This document shows, in pieces, positions 19,070 to 30,192 of a stretch of DNA of 64,000 bases. The notes under the pieces are model-generated. The model was not told the origin of the DNA. It did no database searches and worked only from the letters and a program-made list of their open reading frames with translations. The position numbers and the translations under genes were made by a program. Source of the DNA: an uncultured Chlamydiae bacterium (GTDB lineage Bacteria; Chlamydiota; Chlamydiia; Chlamydiales; Parachlamydiaceae); contig CAWHMU010000045.1 of assembly GCA_963830365.1 (NCBI GenBank), positions 1 to 64,000 of the forward strand. The letters are read 5' to 3'. Every line of letters begins with the position of its first letter. Position 1 is the first letter of the stretch.

Positions 19070-22069
19070 ATGCATCGCCCGACTCCACATGCTTTCAGAA
19101 TAGCTTTTTTTATGACAGTTTTGCTGGCCAGGATGTGTTCGCTGGAAGGGGCGGCAGTTGCATGGGGGGGGGCAGGGAGTACGTCGTCGACTGCCGATCT
19201 TTTGCTTAATACCAATTGGCAATCCCAAGTGCAACCTCAAGCCGGGGGCAATCCCGCCGCCTTTGGTGCTGGTGGCAGCTCGACGCCGGTGTTAGCAAAC
19301 AACGAGGTCTTTTCCCTCGATCTGCTAACTTTCAACCCGGGGGCGCAAACCTACATTTTGCATGTAAATGGCAACTTGAATTTTGTCGGCGCCCCGCTGT
19401 CAGCTCCATTTATGACGGGCGTGCAGAACCTGGGAGCTGCCCAGCAAATTTTCAAGATTTACGATGGTGGCGAAATTCTTTTTGCCAATAGCACTAACGC
19501 AGCTTTTGGTGTCGCTTCAAAGGTGAATAGCCTGACATATGATGTGGGGGATACCTCCAGTGAGACCTTCGGCGTGATGAGTTTTGAAAATAATGCCACC
19601 GCGGGCGGGGCAAACATCAATATTTATGAAGATTCCGCGCTCAACTTCAACAATAACAGCACGGCAAAATCGGCACATATTGTCCTGCAAGCAGATATTG
19701 CGACGCATAATTATCCGACACTCAATTTTCATGGCTCTGCCGATGGCGGCATGGCAATCATTGAGGCGACAGGCTCGGATATCAACTTTTCCGATCTATC
19801 TTCGGCTGGAGAAGCCACAATCACCCTAAAGGGGGCAGAGCTAGCGCCGGGCATCTATGTGCCAGGTCTGCTCGATTTTAATGAGTTTTCATCGGCCGGA
19901 AATGGCATGATCAATGTCGTCGATGGTTCGATGGTGACTTTTTTCGATACTACGGATGCTGAAGAGGCTTTGATTTTTCTAGGCAGCGGCGCTAGCAGCA
20001 CGTCACCGGTAGGTTTACTGGACTTCCTGGATGAGTCGCAGGCAGGGTCGTCCACTATTCATGCTCAAGGTGGATATGTGGTTAACGGCATCACCTATCA
20101 ATCTTCGGTCGTCTTCGCAGATTATGCCGGAGCCGCTGGCTCAACGATAAATCTTGGCGACAGCCTCACGGGCATGGGAGCTAAACTCGGCTTTTATAAT
20201 TTTGCCGGTGCCGACACTGCCACTATCAATGCCGGGCAGACATCGACGGTGGTTTTCAATTATCACGCCAGTGCTGATGAAGCTGTCATTACGCTTAGCG
20301 ATAAGGCAGTTTTGAATTTTAGGGGTGCTTCCACATCGGATCAGGTTACGATTGATTTAGCAGGCAGCAATACAGTTGTTAATTTTGCGCAAACGGAGGC
20401 GGATTCCTTTTCAGGGGTGCTGACCGGCAACGGTACCTTTAATAAAGTGGGTGCAGGCAGGTTGTATTTTTCAGGCACGGGCAGCGGCTTTAGCGGCACC
20501 ACAAATGTCAATGCCGGTTTATTTTCCTTAGACAGCAGTTTGGGCGGAGATATGGCGGTGAGGGATGGGGGGACGCTGACGGGGTCTGGGATGTTGCTGG
20601 GAAATCTGACGCTGCTGAGTGGCGGCAAGGTGTCGCCTGGCCTCGGCACGCTGACGGTGAATGGGGATTACGTGCAAGAAGCCGATTCGACTTACCAGGT
20701 TTTGGTCGACATTGCAGGCGACCCTTCGCTGATCAATGTGGGGGGGACGGCGACACTTAATGCCGGCGCCGGCATCAACATCACCACGCTCGGCACCGGC
20801 AGTCAGTTGTCGCCCAACCAGCAGGTGCAGGTCATTGTATTGCAGGCTTCAGGGGGTGTTTCCGGCACCTTTTCAGTGATGACATCCAGCAATCCGCTGA
20901 TTGTGGGTGGCGTGAGCTATGACAAAGATGGCGTGTATGTGGTTTTTGCTAATACCTTGTCAAAGGTGGCCGCGACGCCAAACCACACAGAGGTGAGTAA
21001 CCAGCTGCAGACGATTGCCCAGCCGACGGCTTCACAGGGTATTATTTTAAATACCATTGCTTCTTTGCCTGCGCCCCAAGCGCAGCTGGCTTTGGACCAG
21101 TTAAGCGGCGGGCAGTACAGCCATGTGATCGCTGCTGCCGAGTTGTCCAACCAGCAATTTTTGCAGCGCCTTTACGACCCCTTGCGTCCGCTCATTACGG
21201 CCGATCCCTGCTACGCCGACACCTGTTACGATCCTTGTGCCGACAAGGGGTGGGGCATATGGATGGATGGCGGCTTTGACAGCACTGACATCAAGGGGCG
21301 TCATAAACATGAAGGCCTGAGCGCGCGGGGTTTTGACTTCACCGTCGGCGCCCAAGCGGTGCTCAATCGCGACTGGACGGTTGGCACGGCTTTATCATAT
21401 GAAAAAAATCATTTTCATTACCATTTGGGTGGTGTCGGCAGAAACTATGGAGTGCTGGGAGCTTTATATGCGCTTTATCGTCCGGCAGATTATTATATCC
21501 TAAGTGATCTTATCGCCGGCTATAGCCGACAGAAGTTGGCGCGCAGGATCGAACTTGGAAATTCTAGTTGTCATGTGCACGGCAGCCCGGAAATATGGCA
21601 AGCCACCTACTATGTGGAAGGCGGCAAGGATTTCACCTGCTGTTGCCTGCTGCTGCAGCCATTTTTGGGACTGGAAGCCGGTTATTTCCGCCGCCAGCGC
21701 ATTACCGAATACAACCAATGCAATTCCTTACTCAATTTAGCTATCGATGAAAAAGCTTGCGGCCTAGGCTATAGCCGTTTGGGTGTGCATCTGACGACAC
21801 AGCGCTATTACGGTATCGTTTTAGCTGTCGATCTCGCCTGGCGCTGCCGCTTGACAACTCTGGACAACGACCTAAAGGCGCGCTTTCAAGGTTTTGGCAG
21901 CAGTTTCAATGTTAACGGTCTGGATGTGCGGCGCAACAGTATCGATGGGGCGCTGAATCTGTCGGCCACGCTGGCCAATGGCTGGGATGTCTTTATCGAA
22001 GCTTCAGGGCAGTGGTGGCAACGGGCAAGCTTTGGCAGCCTGCTCGGAGGACTGGAAATCGACTGGTAA
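19070..22069 (+). CDS. Autotransporter (type Va) outer-membrane protein
   Basis: Signal peptide; repetitive beta-helix passenger (F.D.S.A..A.I units); passenger-associated repeat KVGAGRLYFSG..FSGTTNVNAG; ALDQLSG linker; amphipathic barrel ending in W. Confidence 0.9.
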   Translation: MHRPTPHAFRIAFFMTVLLARMCSLEGAAVAWGGAGSTSSTADLLLNTNWQSQVQPQAGGNPAAFGAGGSSTPVLANNEVFSLDLLTFNPGAQTYILHVNGNLNFVGAPLSAPFMTGVQNLGAAQQIFKIYDGGEILFANSTNAAFGVASKVNSLTYDVGDTSSETFGVMSFENNATAGGANINIYEDSALNFNNNSTAKSAHIVLQADIATHNYPTLNFHGSADGGMAIIEATGSDINFSDLSSAGEATITLKGAELAPGIYVPGLLDFNEFSSAGNGMINVVDGSMVTFFDTTDAEEALIFLGSGASSTSPVGLLDFLDESQAGSSTIHAQGGYVVNGITYQSSVVFADYAGAAGSTINLGDSLTGMGAKLGFYNFAGADTATINAGQTSTVVFNYHASADEAVITLSDKAVLNFRGASTSDQVTIDLAGSNTVVNFAQTEADSFSGVLTGNGTFNKVGAGRLYFSGTGSGFSGTTNVNAGLFSLDSSLGGDMAVRDGGTLTGSGMLLGNLTLLSGGKVSPGLGTLTVNGDYVQEADSTYQVLVDIAGDPSLINVGGTATLNAGAGINITTLGTGSQLSPNQQVQVIVLQASGGVSGTFSVMTSSNPLIVGGVSYDKDGVYVVFANTLSKVAATPNHTEVSNQLQTIAQPTASQGIILNTIASLPAPQAQLALDQLSGGQYSHVIAAAELSNQQFLQRLYDPLRPLITADPCYADTCYDPCADKGWGIWMDGGFDSTDIKGRHKHEGLSARGFDFTVGAQAVLNRDWTVGTALSYEKNHFHYHLGGVGRNYGVLGALYALYRPADYYILSDLIAGYSRQKLARRIELGNSSCHVHGSPEIWQATYYVEGGKDFTCCCLLLQPFLGLEAGYFRRQRITEYNQCNSLLNLAIDEKACGLGYSRLGVHLTTQRYYGIVLAVDLAWRCRLTTLDNDLKARFQGFGSSFNVNGLDVRRNSIDGALNLSATLANGWDVFIEASGQWWQRASFGSLLGGLEIDW

Positions 22070-22164
22070 TATTCCATGCTTGTGCTAGGCATTACTTGCT
22101 AAATTAAATGCGATAATTCAGAATGCAGAGAAGTAAATAGACTTTTATTTATAAAGGAGCTTTC

Positions 22165-22779
22165 ATGACTCAACAGTACACATTGCCAGCGCTGCCTTAT
22201 GATCTCAATGCTTTAGAGCCGGTCATCAGCGCAGAAATTATGTCCCTGCACTATAACAAACACCATGCCGGTTATGTGGCCAATCTCAATAAAGCTTTAG
22301 AGCTATTGGCTGCAGCCGAACAGAAAAACGATATTGCCGCGGAAATCGGCTTGCAAGCGGCCATTAAATTTAACGGCGGCGGACATATCAACCATTCGAT
22401 ATTTTGGACCAATCTGGCTCCCATCAGCAAGGGCGGCGGCAAGCTGCCTGAAGATGCTTTAGCCAAAGCCATCGAGCATGATTTCGGTTCGCTCGACAAA
22501 TTCATTGAACAGATCAGCGCCAAGGCTATCGCCATTCAAGGTTCCGGCTGGGCATGGCTGGGCTATAACAAAAATAAGGGAAATCTGGAAATTGCCACTT
22601 GCGACAACCAGGATCCGTTGGTGACCAAAGGCTTGATCCCTCTTTTGGGCATTGATGTATGGGAGCATGCGTACTATCTGCAATACAAGAATGTACGCGC
22701 CGATTATGTCAAAGCCATTTGGAAAATCATCGACTGGAAAAATGTCGCCGAACGCTACGCCGAGGCGGCCGGCAAATAG
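22165..22779 (+). CDS. sodA: Mn/Fe superoxide dismutase
   Basis: [45 protein letters not shown]. Confidence 0.95.
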   Translation: MTQQYTLPALPYDLNALEPVISAEIMSLHYNKHHAGYVANLNKALELLAAAEQKNDIAAEIGLQAAIKFNGGGHINHSIFWTNLAPISKGGGKLPEDALAKAIEHDFGSLDKFIEQISAKAIAIQGSGWAWLGYNKNKGNLEIATCDNQDPLVTKGLIPLLGIDVWEHAYYLQYKNVRADYVKAIWKIIDWKNVAERYAEAAGK

Positions 22780-22781
22780 GC

Positions 22782-22853
22782 AAAAGGACATAAAGGACCT
22801 AAGGGATGCAATGGACAGTCGTTTACGTCCGTTAGGTCTTTTGCATCCCTTTT
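22782..22853. repeat. AAGGAC/AAGGGA-periodic imperfect hairpin directly after sod (possible terminator); related copy at 29217-29255
   Basis: AAAGGACATAAAGGACCTAAGGGATGCAATGGAC / GTCCGTTAGGTCTTTTGCATCCCTTT. Confidence 0.6.
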
Positions 22854-22874
22854 AATTTATGAGGGTTGGGGTCT

Positions 22875-23012
22875 TAGGATTGGGATCTGGCTTGTGATTT
22901 GTGATTTGAAAGTCCACCCATGTATATAGACAGTCAGATTCCTTTCAAATCGCAAATCGCAAGCCTGAACTCAATCCTTTCAGCCGAAACCTGTGTCACG
23001 AGTTTTTGAGAA
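22875..23012. repeat. Dispersed palindromic element with (G)ATTTG(T/C)G heptamer repeats, copy 1
   Basis: GCTTGTGATTTGTGATTTGAAAG..CTTTCAAATCGCAAATCGCAAGCCTGA; reverse-complement homolog at 29804-29935. Confidence 0.85.
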
Positions 23013-23103
23013 GTTGCGATCTTTTAGCCTTTATCTTTATGGCAGTGTGTTTTATAATCGTTTGAATCTAAAAGATTAATAATCACCAAGGAATGATATT
23101 AAG

Positions 23104-24030
23104 ATGGGATTGTTTTCGCGAGATAAGCCCAAAATTAAAATCCAAACGGCTAAAAAAGACGGATTTAGTGGCTGGCTCAAATGCACACATTGCAATGAGC
23201 TGATCCATATCAAGGAATTGGAACAAAATGGCAATTGCTGCCCCAAATGTGATTACCACTATCGCCTTTCTGTTGAAGAGCGCATCAAAAGCCTGGTAGA
23301 CGATGATACGTTCACGGAAATGTTCGGCGATTTGCTGCCGGTCGATGTGCTGAAATTTGTCGATACCGAATCCTATGCCGAACGCCTGCGCTTGGCAAGG
23401 GAGAAATCGGGACGCAGCGAAGCTGTCGTCGTCGGCACCTGCAAAATAGGTGGACAAGCCGTAGCCATGGGCATTCTTGATTTCAGCTTTATGGGCGGCT
23501 CCATGGGCTGTGTCGTTGGCGAACGCCTGACCAGTCTCATTGAACACGCCATCGCGGCCAAGTTGCCCCTGATCATCATTTCAACTTCCGGCGGCGCGCG
23601 CATGCAGGAATCCATCCTTTCGCTGATGCAGATGGCCAAAACCTCGGCCGCCTTAGCCAAATTGCAGGAAGCCCGCCTGCCCTATATCTCGGTATTGACC
23701 AACCCTACTACCGGCGGCGTGACGGCCTCTTTCGCTTCTTTGGGCGATGTGATCCTGGCCGAGCCTAATGCCTTGATCTGCTTTGCCGGGCCGCGCGTCA
23801 TCGAACAAACCATCGGCCACCAGCTGCCACCGGGCGCGCAGAAGTCGGAATTCCTCTTGCAACACGGCATGATAGACTGTATCGTGAACCGGCATGAATT
23901 AAAAACTAAGTTGAGCGATCTATTGGAGTTTTTTGGCGGCCATGCATCGTCTGAAGAGCCTGGGCAAATAGCCCCGGCCGCTGCCAAAGCGCAAACCAAA
24001 AAAAGCTCTTTATCACACCACAATTCCTGA
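23104..24030 (+). CDS. accD: Acetyl-CoA carboxylase carboxyltransferase beta subunit
   Basis: Zn finger [50 protein letters not shown]. Confidence 0.97.
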   Translation: MGLFSRDKPKIKIQTAKKDGFSGWLKCTHCNELIHIKELEQNGNCCPKCDYHYRLSVEERIKSLVDDDTFTEMFGDLLPVDVLKFVDTESYAERLRLAREKSGRSEAVVVGTCKIGGQAVAMGILDFSFMGGSMGCVVGERLTSLIEHAIAAKLPLIIISTSGGARMQESILSLMQMAKTSAALAKLQEARLPYISVLTNPTTGGVTASFASLGDVILAEPNALICFAGPRVIEQTIGHQLPPGAQKSEFLLQHGMIDCIVNRHELKTKLSDLLEFFGGHASSEEPGQIAPAAAKAQTKKSSLSHHNS

Positions 24031-24040
24031 AGGATTTTCC

Positions 24041-24499
24041 ATGAGCTCTCACCGTCATGTACAGATCGAAGTGCCTATGTTAGCTACAGAGGGTACCGAA
24101 GTGCCGCATTATGCTTCTTTAGCCGCTTCCGGGGCGGATGTCAAAGCCTTTATCCAGGATGATATCGTCATTCCAGCCGGCGGCTCGCGTCTAATCCCTA
24201 CCGGGCTGCGCTTTGCCATCCCGGCAGGCTATGAGATTCAAGTACGCCCGCGCAGCGGCCTGGCCCTAAAGCATCAGATTAGCGTGCTTAACACCCCCGG
24301 CACCGTGGATGCCGACTATCGTGGTGAAGTAAGCATTATCTTGATTAACTTTGGCAAAGCAGATTTTATTGTCACACCCAACATGCGCATCGCCCAGCTG
24401 GTGCTGGCGCCGGTGGTGCAGGCCACTTTTGTATCAGTGTATGAACTGACTGAAACACTGCGTGGTGCGGGCGGTTTCGGCCATACGGGCATGCGCTAA
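24041..24499 (+). CDS. dut: dUTP diphosphatase
   Basis: [40 protein letters not shown]. Confidence 0.97.
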   Translation: MSSHRHVQIEVPMLATEGTEVPHYASLAASGADVKAFIQDDIVIPAGGSRLIPTGLRFAIPAGYEIQVRPRSGLALKHQISVLNTPGTVDADYRGEVSIILINFGKADFIVTPNMRIAQLVLAPVVQATFVSVYELTETLRGAGGFGHTGMR

Positions 24500-24532
24500 G
24501 ATGCGCTTTCAAAAGATGTGTGGTAGAATTAT

Positions 24533-24982
24533 ATGATTAAAATATCCAATTATCTTGATCCGCGCCTGGTGGCCTTCTTAGAGGTTAATTCACGCGATGA
24601 AGCTATCCAGGCCTTGGTGGAGATGATTCATCAAACAGGCCGCCTGCACGACAAGGAAGCTTTCTATGAAGCCATCATCGAACGCGAAAAAATTGTCTCC
24701 ACCGGCATCGGCATGGGGGCTGCCATTCCGCATGCCAAGCTGGCGGCTTATAATGACTTCTTTATAGCCATTGGCGTGGTGCGTAAGGGTTTGGATTGGA
24801 ATTCTTTAGATGGCTCGCCCGTGCGCTTGATTTTTATGATTGGCGGTCCCGATGATAAACAAACCGAATACCTGCAGATTTTGTCTAATTTAACCCTCGC
24901 CATAAAAGATGAAAACGTGCGAAAAAAAATGTTAACATTGAATTCTCCAAAGGATATGATAGAATTCTTTAAAACATTATAA
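24533..24982 (+). CDS. ptsN: PTS IIA (Ntr-type) protein
   Basis: REKIVSTGIGMGAAIPH phosphoacceptor motif; chlamydial synteny after dut. Confidence 0.9.
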   Translation: MIKISNYLDPRLVAFLEVNSRDEAIQALVEMIHQTGRLHDKEAFYEAIIEREKIVSTGIGMGAAIPHAKLAAYNDFFIAIGVVRKGLDWNSLDGSPVRLIFMIGGPDDKQTEYLQILSNLTLAIKDENVRKKMLTLNSPKDMIEFFKTL

Positions 24983-25043
24983 ATCTTGGTCTAATCTTAG
25001 TCTGGTCTAAGCTTGGCTTAGTGCATCACTTCAAGAGGCGTTT

Positions 25044-25775
25044 ATGGATCTAAAAATTAAGGATGTGGCAGAACTGCTCAACGTGTCGGAAACAACGATC
25101 CGCCGCTGGCTGGCCGATGAAAAAATTCCGGCCTACCGTCTCAACCATCAATACCGCTTCAACCGGCTGGAAATCGAAGATTGGGTGATGAGCCACAAGC
25201 TCGGCAAAACAAGCCATGGCAGCACGCCTTTTCAAGAACTCGCTAAAGCCGATGCCGAAACCTCTGATGCTGTCCCAGCTAATGCCAGGGGCAGCAAGCA
25301 ATTCAGCTTATACCGCGCCGTGCATAAAGGGGGCGTGTTGTATGATGTACCGGGCCGCACCAAGGAAGAGCTTATCCGCGCCACGGTAAAGCGCATCGCC
25401 GCCGATTTAAATCTCGATGCCGATGTGATCACCGAGCTGTTGCTGGAGCGCGAGATGCTGCAGCCTACGGCCTTGAATAACGGCATCGCCATCCCCCATA
25501 CCAGGGATTTTCTGCTCAACGCCCATTTCGATATGGTCACGGTGGTATTTCCTGAAAAACCACTTCCTTATGGAGCGTTAGACGGTAAACCGGTGCATAC
25601 CCTGTTTTTCCTCTTCGCCAGCGATGACAAGCGCCACTTGCACCTGCTTGCCAAAATCGCCCATCTTAGCAGCCAAAAAGACACCATGCAGCTGCTGCAA
25701 AGCAAACCCTCGCGCGAAAAGCTGCTCGAATATATCAAAGATTGGGAAAGCGGCATCCAGCAATCCAAAGGCTAG
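25044..25775 (+). CDS. ptsN: PTS IIA (Ntr-type) protein with N-terminal excisionase-like HTH
   Basis: IKDVAELLNVSETTIRRW..IPAYR..QYRF HTH plus REMLQPTALNNGIAIPH. Confidence 0.9.
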   Translation: MDLKIKDVAELLNVSETTIRRWLADEKIPAYRLNHQYRFNRLEIEDWVMSHKLGKTSHGSTPFQELAKADAETSDAVPANARGSKQFSLYRAVHKGGVLYDVPGRTKEELIRATVKRIAADLNLDADVITELLLEREMLQPTALNNGIAIPHTRDFLLNAHFDMVTVVFPEKPLPYGALDGKPVHTLFFLFASDDKRHLHLLAKIAHLSSQKDTMQLLQSKPSREKLLEYIKDWESGIQQSKG

Positions 25776-26409
25776 TGCCAATCAAAAAAGCTCCGCCTGC
25801 GAACCGAAGCCATTGAGGAATAATCAATAGTTTTTTCTCTGGGCTTGATCTCAACCCTTTAGCTATTTTCCTATCTTTTCATATAGGCAACGGCCTATTT
25901 TTGGCAGAAACTCCTTCTTTAATTAAATTATCGTCTATAATAAACCAAATATAAGTCGTCATATCCTTATGAGTGAGTCCGTTGCTACCGTCCCTCAGCT
26001 GAGCGCTGTTGGGTCAAAAGAAGTTCCGGCATGAAAAATATATATCGTTTAATTTTAAAAAAGTTACATAAATAGGTAAGTCATCTTTTGGTGATTACGC
26101 AATCTAGTTGTGTGGAGATAAATCATGACCACTGAAGCGATCGCCGAATTCGTAAAGACCAATTATCTTAAAGATTTGGAGTTGGCTGACATTCAGCGAC
26201 TGGAATGATCCAGTGCTTCCCAAGTTGTGGGGGAAAGTCAACCGCAAGTGTGCTGAACAGTACCAGCAGGAAGTAAAAGATGCACAGAAAGATGCACAGA
26301 AAGATGCACAGTCTGATAATTAAACTAGCAGGCTATCAAGGCTGAAAAAGCTTCAATGTATTGTCTGCCATTCTCTGTCTCGCCACTACCATAGATAGCC
26401 CATCCACTC

Positions 26410-26449
26410 AAAAAAAATCCGGCCATACTGATTAGGTATGGCCGGATTT
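26410..26449 (-). terminator. Rho-independent terminator of clpC
   Basis: AAATCCGGCCATAC-loop-GTATGGCCGGATTT stem followed by a T-run on the minus strand, ~30 bp after the clpC stop. Confidence 0.85.
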
Positions 26450-26481
26450 GCATATATCCTGATGAATCAGCAGTGGCCGGC

Positions 26482-29052
26482 TTAGGTAGAGCTGCCGGCT
26501 TTCTGGCGCCCTTCCTTGTTCTCTTTGTGGCGCGGGAAGACTTCCTGGTCGACGAAGACCAGCTTGTCGTCTTCGACGCTGACCAGGCAGCGGCGTCCTT
26601 CATTAGGATGCATGAGCAGCTTTTCGGCCAGCGGATCTTCCAGATACTGCTCGATGGTACGACGCAAGGGGCGCGCGCCCATTTCAGGCTGGAAGCCTTT
26701 ATCGACCAGAAACTCTTTGGCTTTATCATCCAGCGTGATGAACACCTCGCGGCGTTGCAGGCGTGCCAGGAGTTTCTGCAGTTCGATATCGATGACTCCC
26801 ATTAAACCTTCTTTCTTGAGCGGTTGGAAGATGACCACATCATTAAGGCGGTTGAGGAATTCTGGTTTGAAGTGTTTCTTCACCGCCGCTAGGATCTTTT
26901 CTTTGATATGCTCATAGTCCATCGTTCCTTCTTGCACGGCAAAACCCACTTCGGTGCTTTTCTTGATGAGGTCGGCGCCGAGGTTCGAGGTCATGATCAC
27001 GATGGTATTGCGGAAGTCGACTTTGCGGCCGAAGGAATCGGTCAGGCGCCCTTCCTCCATGATCTGCAGCAGGATGTCCATCACATCGGGGTGGGCCTTT
27101 TCGATTTCATCAAACAGCACCACGGAATAGGGGCGCTGCCTGACCTGTTCTGTCAGCTGGCCGCCTTCTTCGTGTCCGACATAACCTGGAGGGGAGCCCG
27201 TCATGCGGCTGACGGCAAATTTCTCCATATATTCGGACATATCCACCTGGATCAGGGCGTCTTCGCCGCCGAACATATTGATGGCCAGCTGGCGTGCCAG
27301 CAGGGTCTTGCCAACGCCTGTGGGGCCGAGGAATAGGAAGGCGCCGATAGGGCGCTTGGGGTCTTTGATGTCGGCGCGGCTGCGGCGGATGGCGCGGCAG
27401 ACGGTGCTTAAGGCTTCGTCCTGACCGATGATATTTACGCGCAGCACCTCTTCCATTTTGAGGGCTTTTTGGGTTTCCCCTTCGGTGAGGCGGTTTAACG
27501 GGATGCCGGTCTGTCTGGCGATCACATTGGCGATATCATCATCCTCGACGATGACTTCGTGTTCTTCCTTATTGATCTCCCATTCGGAGCGGATCTGCTG
27601 CAGCTGCTCGCGCAGTGTTTTTTCCTTATCGCGCAGCTTGGCGGCTTTCTCATATTCCTGTCTGCCGATAGCCTCTTCTTTGGCGATGCGCGTCTCTTCG
27701 ATTTCGGTTTCGTATTTGGTGATGTCTTGCGGCTGGTTCATCATGCCGATGCGCATCTTGGCGCCGGCCTCATCGATGAGGTCGATGGCCTTATCGGGCA
27801 GAAAGCGACCGGGGATATAGCGGTCTGAAAGGATGGCCGCGGCATGCAGCGCTTGAGGGGTATAGATGCATTTATGGTGTTCTTCGTACTTTGCTTTCAG
27901 TCCATTTAGAATCTCGATGGTCTCCGTCACGCTTGGTGGCTGGACGACGATTTTTTGAAAGCGGCGTTCCAGGGCGGCATCTTTTTCGATGTGTTTGCGG
28001 TATTCATCGATGGTGGTGGCGCCGATGCATTGCAGTTCGCCGCGCGAAAGGGCCGGCTTTAGGATGTTTGAGGCGTCGATAGCGCCTTCGGCAGCGCCGG
28101 CACCGACGATGGTATGCAGTTCGTCGATGAACAGTAGCACGTTGCCATTCTTTTTGATCTCATCCATCACGGCTTTGATGCGCTCTTCAAATTGGCCGCG
28201 GTATTTCGTGCCGGCGATCATCAAGGCCAAATCGAGGGTGATGAGTTTCTTTTTGCGCAGGTTGTCAGGGACTTCGCCTTTGACGATGGCTTGGGCAAGT
28301 CCTTCCACGATGGCAGTTTTACCCACGCCGGCCTCGCCGACGAGTACCGGGTTGTTTTTGCGGCGGCGGCAGAGGATCAGAATCAGGCGTTCGACTTCTT
28401 CTTTGCGGCCGATGACAGGATCCATTTTGCCCTCGCGGCACATCTCTGTCAGGTCGTGGCCGTAAGCTTTAAGGGCGGGCATCTTATCCGTGCCGGCATT
28501 GAGAGTCTTCTCAAAGGATTTGGAAGCCCCGCTGCTTGAGGCGCTGCCGCTTTGCTGCGTGGGAGGCGCGCCTGGGGTGGTGCCGGTGCCGCCGATGGGA
28601 GGCAGCTGCAGGTTGAAGGTCTCCAATTCTTTAAGGACTTCTTTGCGCACTTCTTTCAAGTTGACATTGAGGTTTTCCAGCACCTGAGCGGCCACGCCAT
28701 CAGTCTGGCGCAGCAGGCCGAGCAGCAGATGTTCTGTTCCTACATAGTTGTGGTTGAGGTTGGCAGCTTCCTCATTGGCGTATTCAAAAACCTTTTTGAC
28801 TTTACCCGTCAGGGCCGGATCGCCATAGACTTGGATTTCCGGTCCATAGCCCACCAGCTTTTCCACTTCGCTGCGCACAGTTTCAAAGTCGATATTGAGA
28901 TTGCGCAGCACGTTGACGGCCACGCCTTGGCCTAGCTTCAGCAGGCCGAGCAGCACGTGTTCCGTGCCTAGATAGTTGTGGTTTAGCCGTTGCGCTTCTT
29001 TTTTGGCTAATTTGATGACCTGTTTCGCGCGATTGGTAAATTTGTCAAACAT
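26482..29052 (-). CDS. clpC: ATP-dependent Clp protease ATP-binding subunit ClpC
   Basis: Start at [11 protein letters not shown]; two Clp-N repeats, GEAGVGKT and GPTGVGKT Walker A motifs, UVR coiled coil. Confidence 0.97.
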   Translation of the reverse strand: MFDKFTNRAKQVIKLAKKEAQRLNHNYLGTEHVLLGLLKLGQGVAVNVLRNLNIDFETVRSEVEKLVGYGPEIQVYGDPALTGKVKKVFEYANEEAANLNHNYVGTEHLLLGLLRQTDGVAAQVLENLNVNLKEVRKEVLKELETFNLQLPPIGGTGTTPGAPPTQQSGSASSSGASKSFEKTLNAGTDKMPALKAYGHDLTEMCREGKMDPVIGRKEEVERLILILCRRRKNNPVLVGEAGVGKTAIVEGLAQAIVKGEVPDNLRKKKLITLDLALMIAGTKYRGQFEERIKAVMDEIKKNGNVLLFIDELHTIVGAGAAEGAIDASNILKPALSRGELQCIGATTIDEYRKHIEKDAALERRFQKIVVQPPSVTETIEILNGLKAKYEEHHKCIYTPQALHAAAILSDRYIPGRFLPDKAIDLIDEAGAKMRIGMMNQPQDITKYETEIEETRIAKEEAIGRQEYEKAAKLRDKEKTLREQLQQIRSEWEINKEEHEVIVEDDDIANVIARQTGIPLNRLTEGETQKALKMEEVLRVNIIGQDEALSTVCRAIRRSRADIKDPKRPIGAFLFLGPTGVGKTLLARQLAINMFGGEDALIQVDMSEYMEKFAVSRMTGSPPGYVGHEEGGQLTEQVRQRPYSVVLFDEIEKAHPDVMDILLQIMEEGRLTDSFGRKVDFRNTIVIMTSNLGADLIKKSTEVGFAVQEGTMDYEHIKEKILAAVKKHFKPEFLNRLNDVVIFQPLKKEGLMGVIDIELQKLLARLQRREVFITLDDKAKEFLVDKGFQPEMGARPLRRTIEQYLEDPLAEKLLMHPNEGRRCLVSVEDDKLVFVDQEVFPRHKENKEGRQKAGSST

Positions 29053-29546
29053 GGGATCGCTCTCTTGGTTGAGAATGAATGCCTGGTTTTCAGCATTGTC
29101 TTTTATGTTCACTGTAGACGCCGCCTCTTTTTTAGGGAAGCAGAAAGCGTGCCACTGGCTGAAAAGCACCTGCGTTAAATCTCAGCAGCTGGGGTATAAT
29201 ATTGTGCAGCAGTCGAAAAGGACTTAAGGGACGTAAAGGACGGTCCCTTAGGAGCCTGTATGTCGTTGGTTCATCGCACAATCGCGTACCTCCCCATATG
29301 TAAATTAATGGAGGATGTTAAATAAATCATACATAATGGCAAGTTGCGCGTTCGATCCTGTGAAGGAAGGATTTGAGTTGGCACTGGCATACAAGAGATA
29401 GGGCACAAACCATGATAACATTTTTACAGCCTCGATAGAGGCAGTTGCATAAACGACAATAGAATGTTTTACAAACTGTTTATGTCAGGCATTTGCTTGA
29501 GTTCGTGGATTAGTGATCTTGCCAGTCGGATTAATGAGTCTGCCCT

Positions 29547-29645
29547 AAGCATCGGAGATGCGGCTCTAAAAGAGCCCATGCCTCCGGTCACCACTGCAGG
29601 GCTCCCTGCTGGCTGGGCTCGTTTAGAGACGCATCTCCGATGCTT
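29547..29645. repeat. ~100-bp hairpin whose right arm begins the dispersed repeat shared with 2388-2492
   Basis: AAGCATCGGAGATGCG.CTCTAAA.GAGCCCA / TGGGCTC.TTTAGAG.CGCATCTCCGATGCTT. Confidence 0.85.
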
Positions 29646-29767
29646 CGGAATTTTCTCGGCATTCTCACACCATTATATATTCCTTAAACATACGTCTAGA
29701 ATCGCTTTTCCCGTGAAAAATGAAAATGTTTTGGCGAAGAATCGATCTAGGAATGCTCAAAACATTC

Positions 29768-30007
29768 TGCAATTGCCTCAAATGAGTGGTTGACAGAGCT
29801 AACATCTCAAAAACGCATCATGTAGGCTTTGGCTGAACGGTTTGAGGTCAGGCTTGCGATTTGCGATTTGAAAGGAGTCGGGCTTTCTAATGCATTTAGG
29901 ACTCTCAAATCACAAGTCTGACCCCAATCCTCAAAGTCCTTTCACGTCATGAGTTCTTGAGCGGTCATCTCTGTCAACCACTCGTTTGTGTGATGAACCA
30001 ATTGCAG
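29768..30007. repeat. Nested palindrome: TGCAATTG shell > GAGTGGTTGACAGAG pair > copy 2 of the ATTTGCG-heptamer element
   Basis: GAGTGGTTGACAGAG (29784-29798) and CTCTGTCAACCACTC (29969-29983) enclose 29804-29935. TGCAATTGCCTC and CAATTGCAG lie outside. Confidence 0.8.
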
Positions 30008-30192
30008 GAGATGTGGAGACGGCACGATAATGCTGGCATAGTTCAAGCGCATGTCACTAAAGAAGAATAAAAAAATAACTTTCATAAAATTTTCAAATAA
30101 TTTACTGTCTTATTTTGAATTGGTATTAATCCTGAAGCACGGCATGCGAGCATGTTGTTGCAGGTATATAAGCGGCCTAAATTAAAAGGTTT

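Noticed and set aside
25044..25220. Excisionase-like HTH suggesting a prophage
   Set aside because: It is the usual N-terminal domain of the chlamydial HTH-PtsN protein; no phage genes are nearby.
29053..29169. N-terminal extension of ClpC in the ORF track
   Set aside because: The conserved ClpC start MFDKFT is at 29052.
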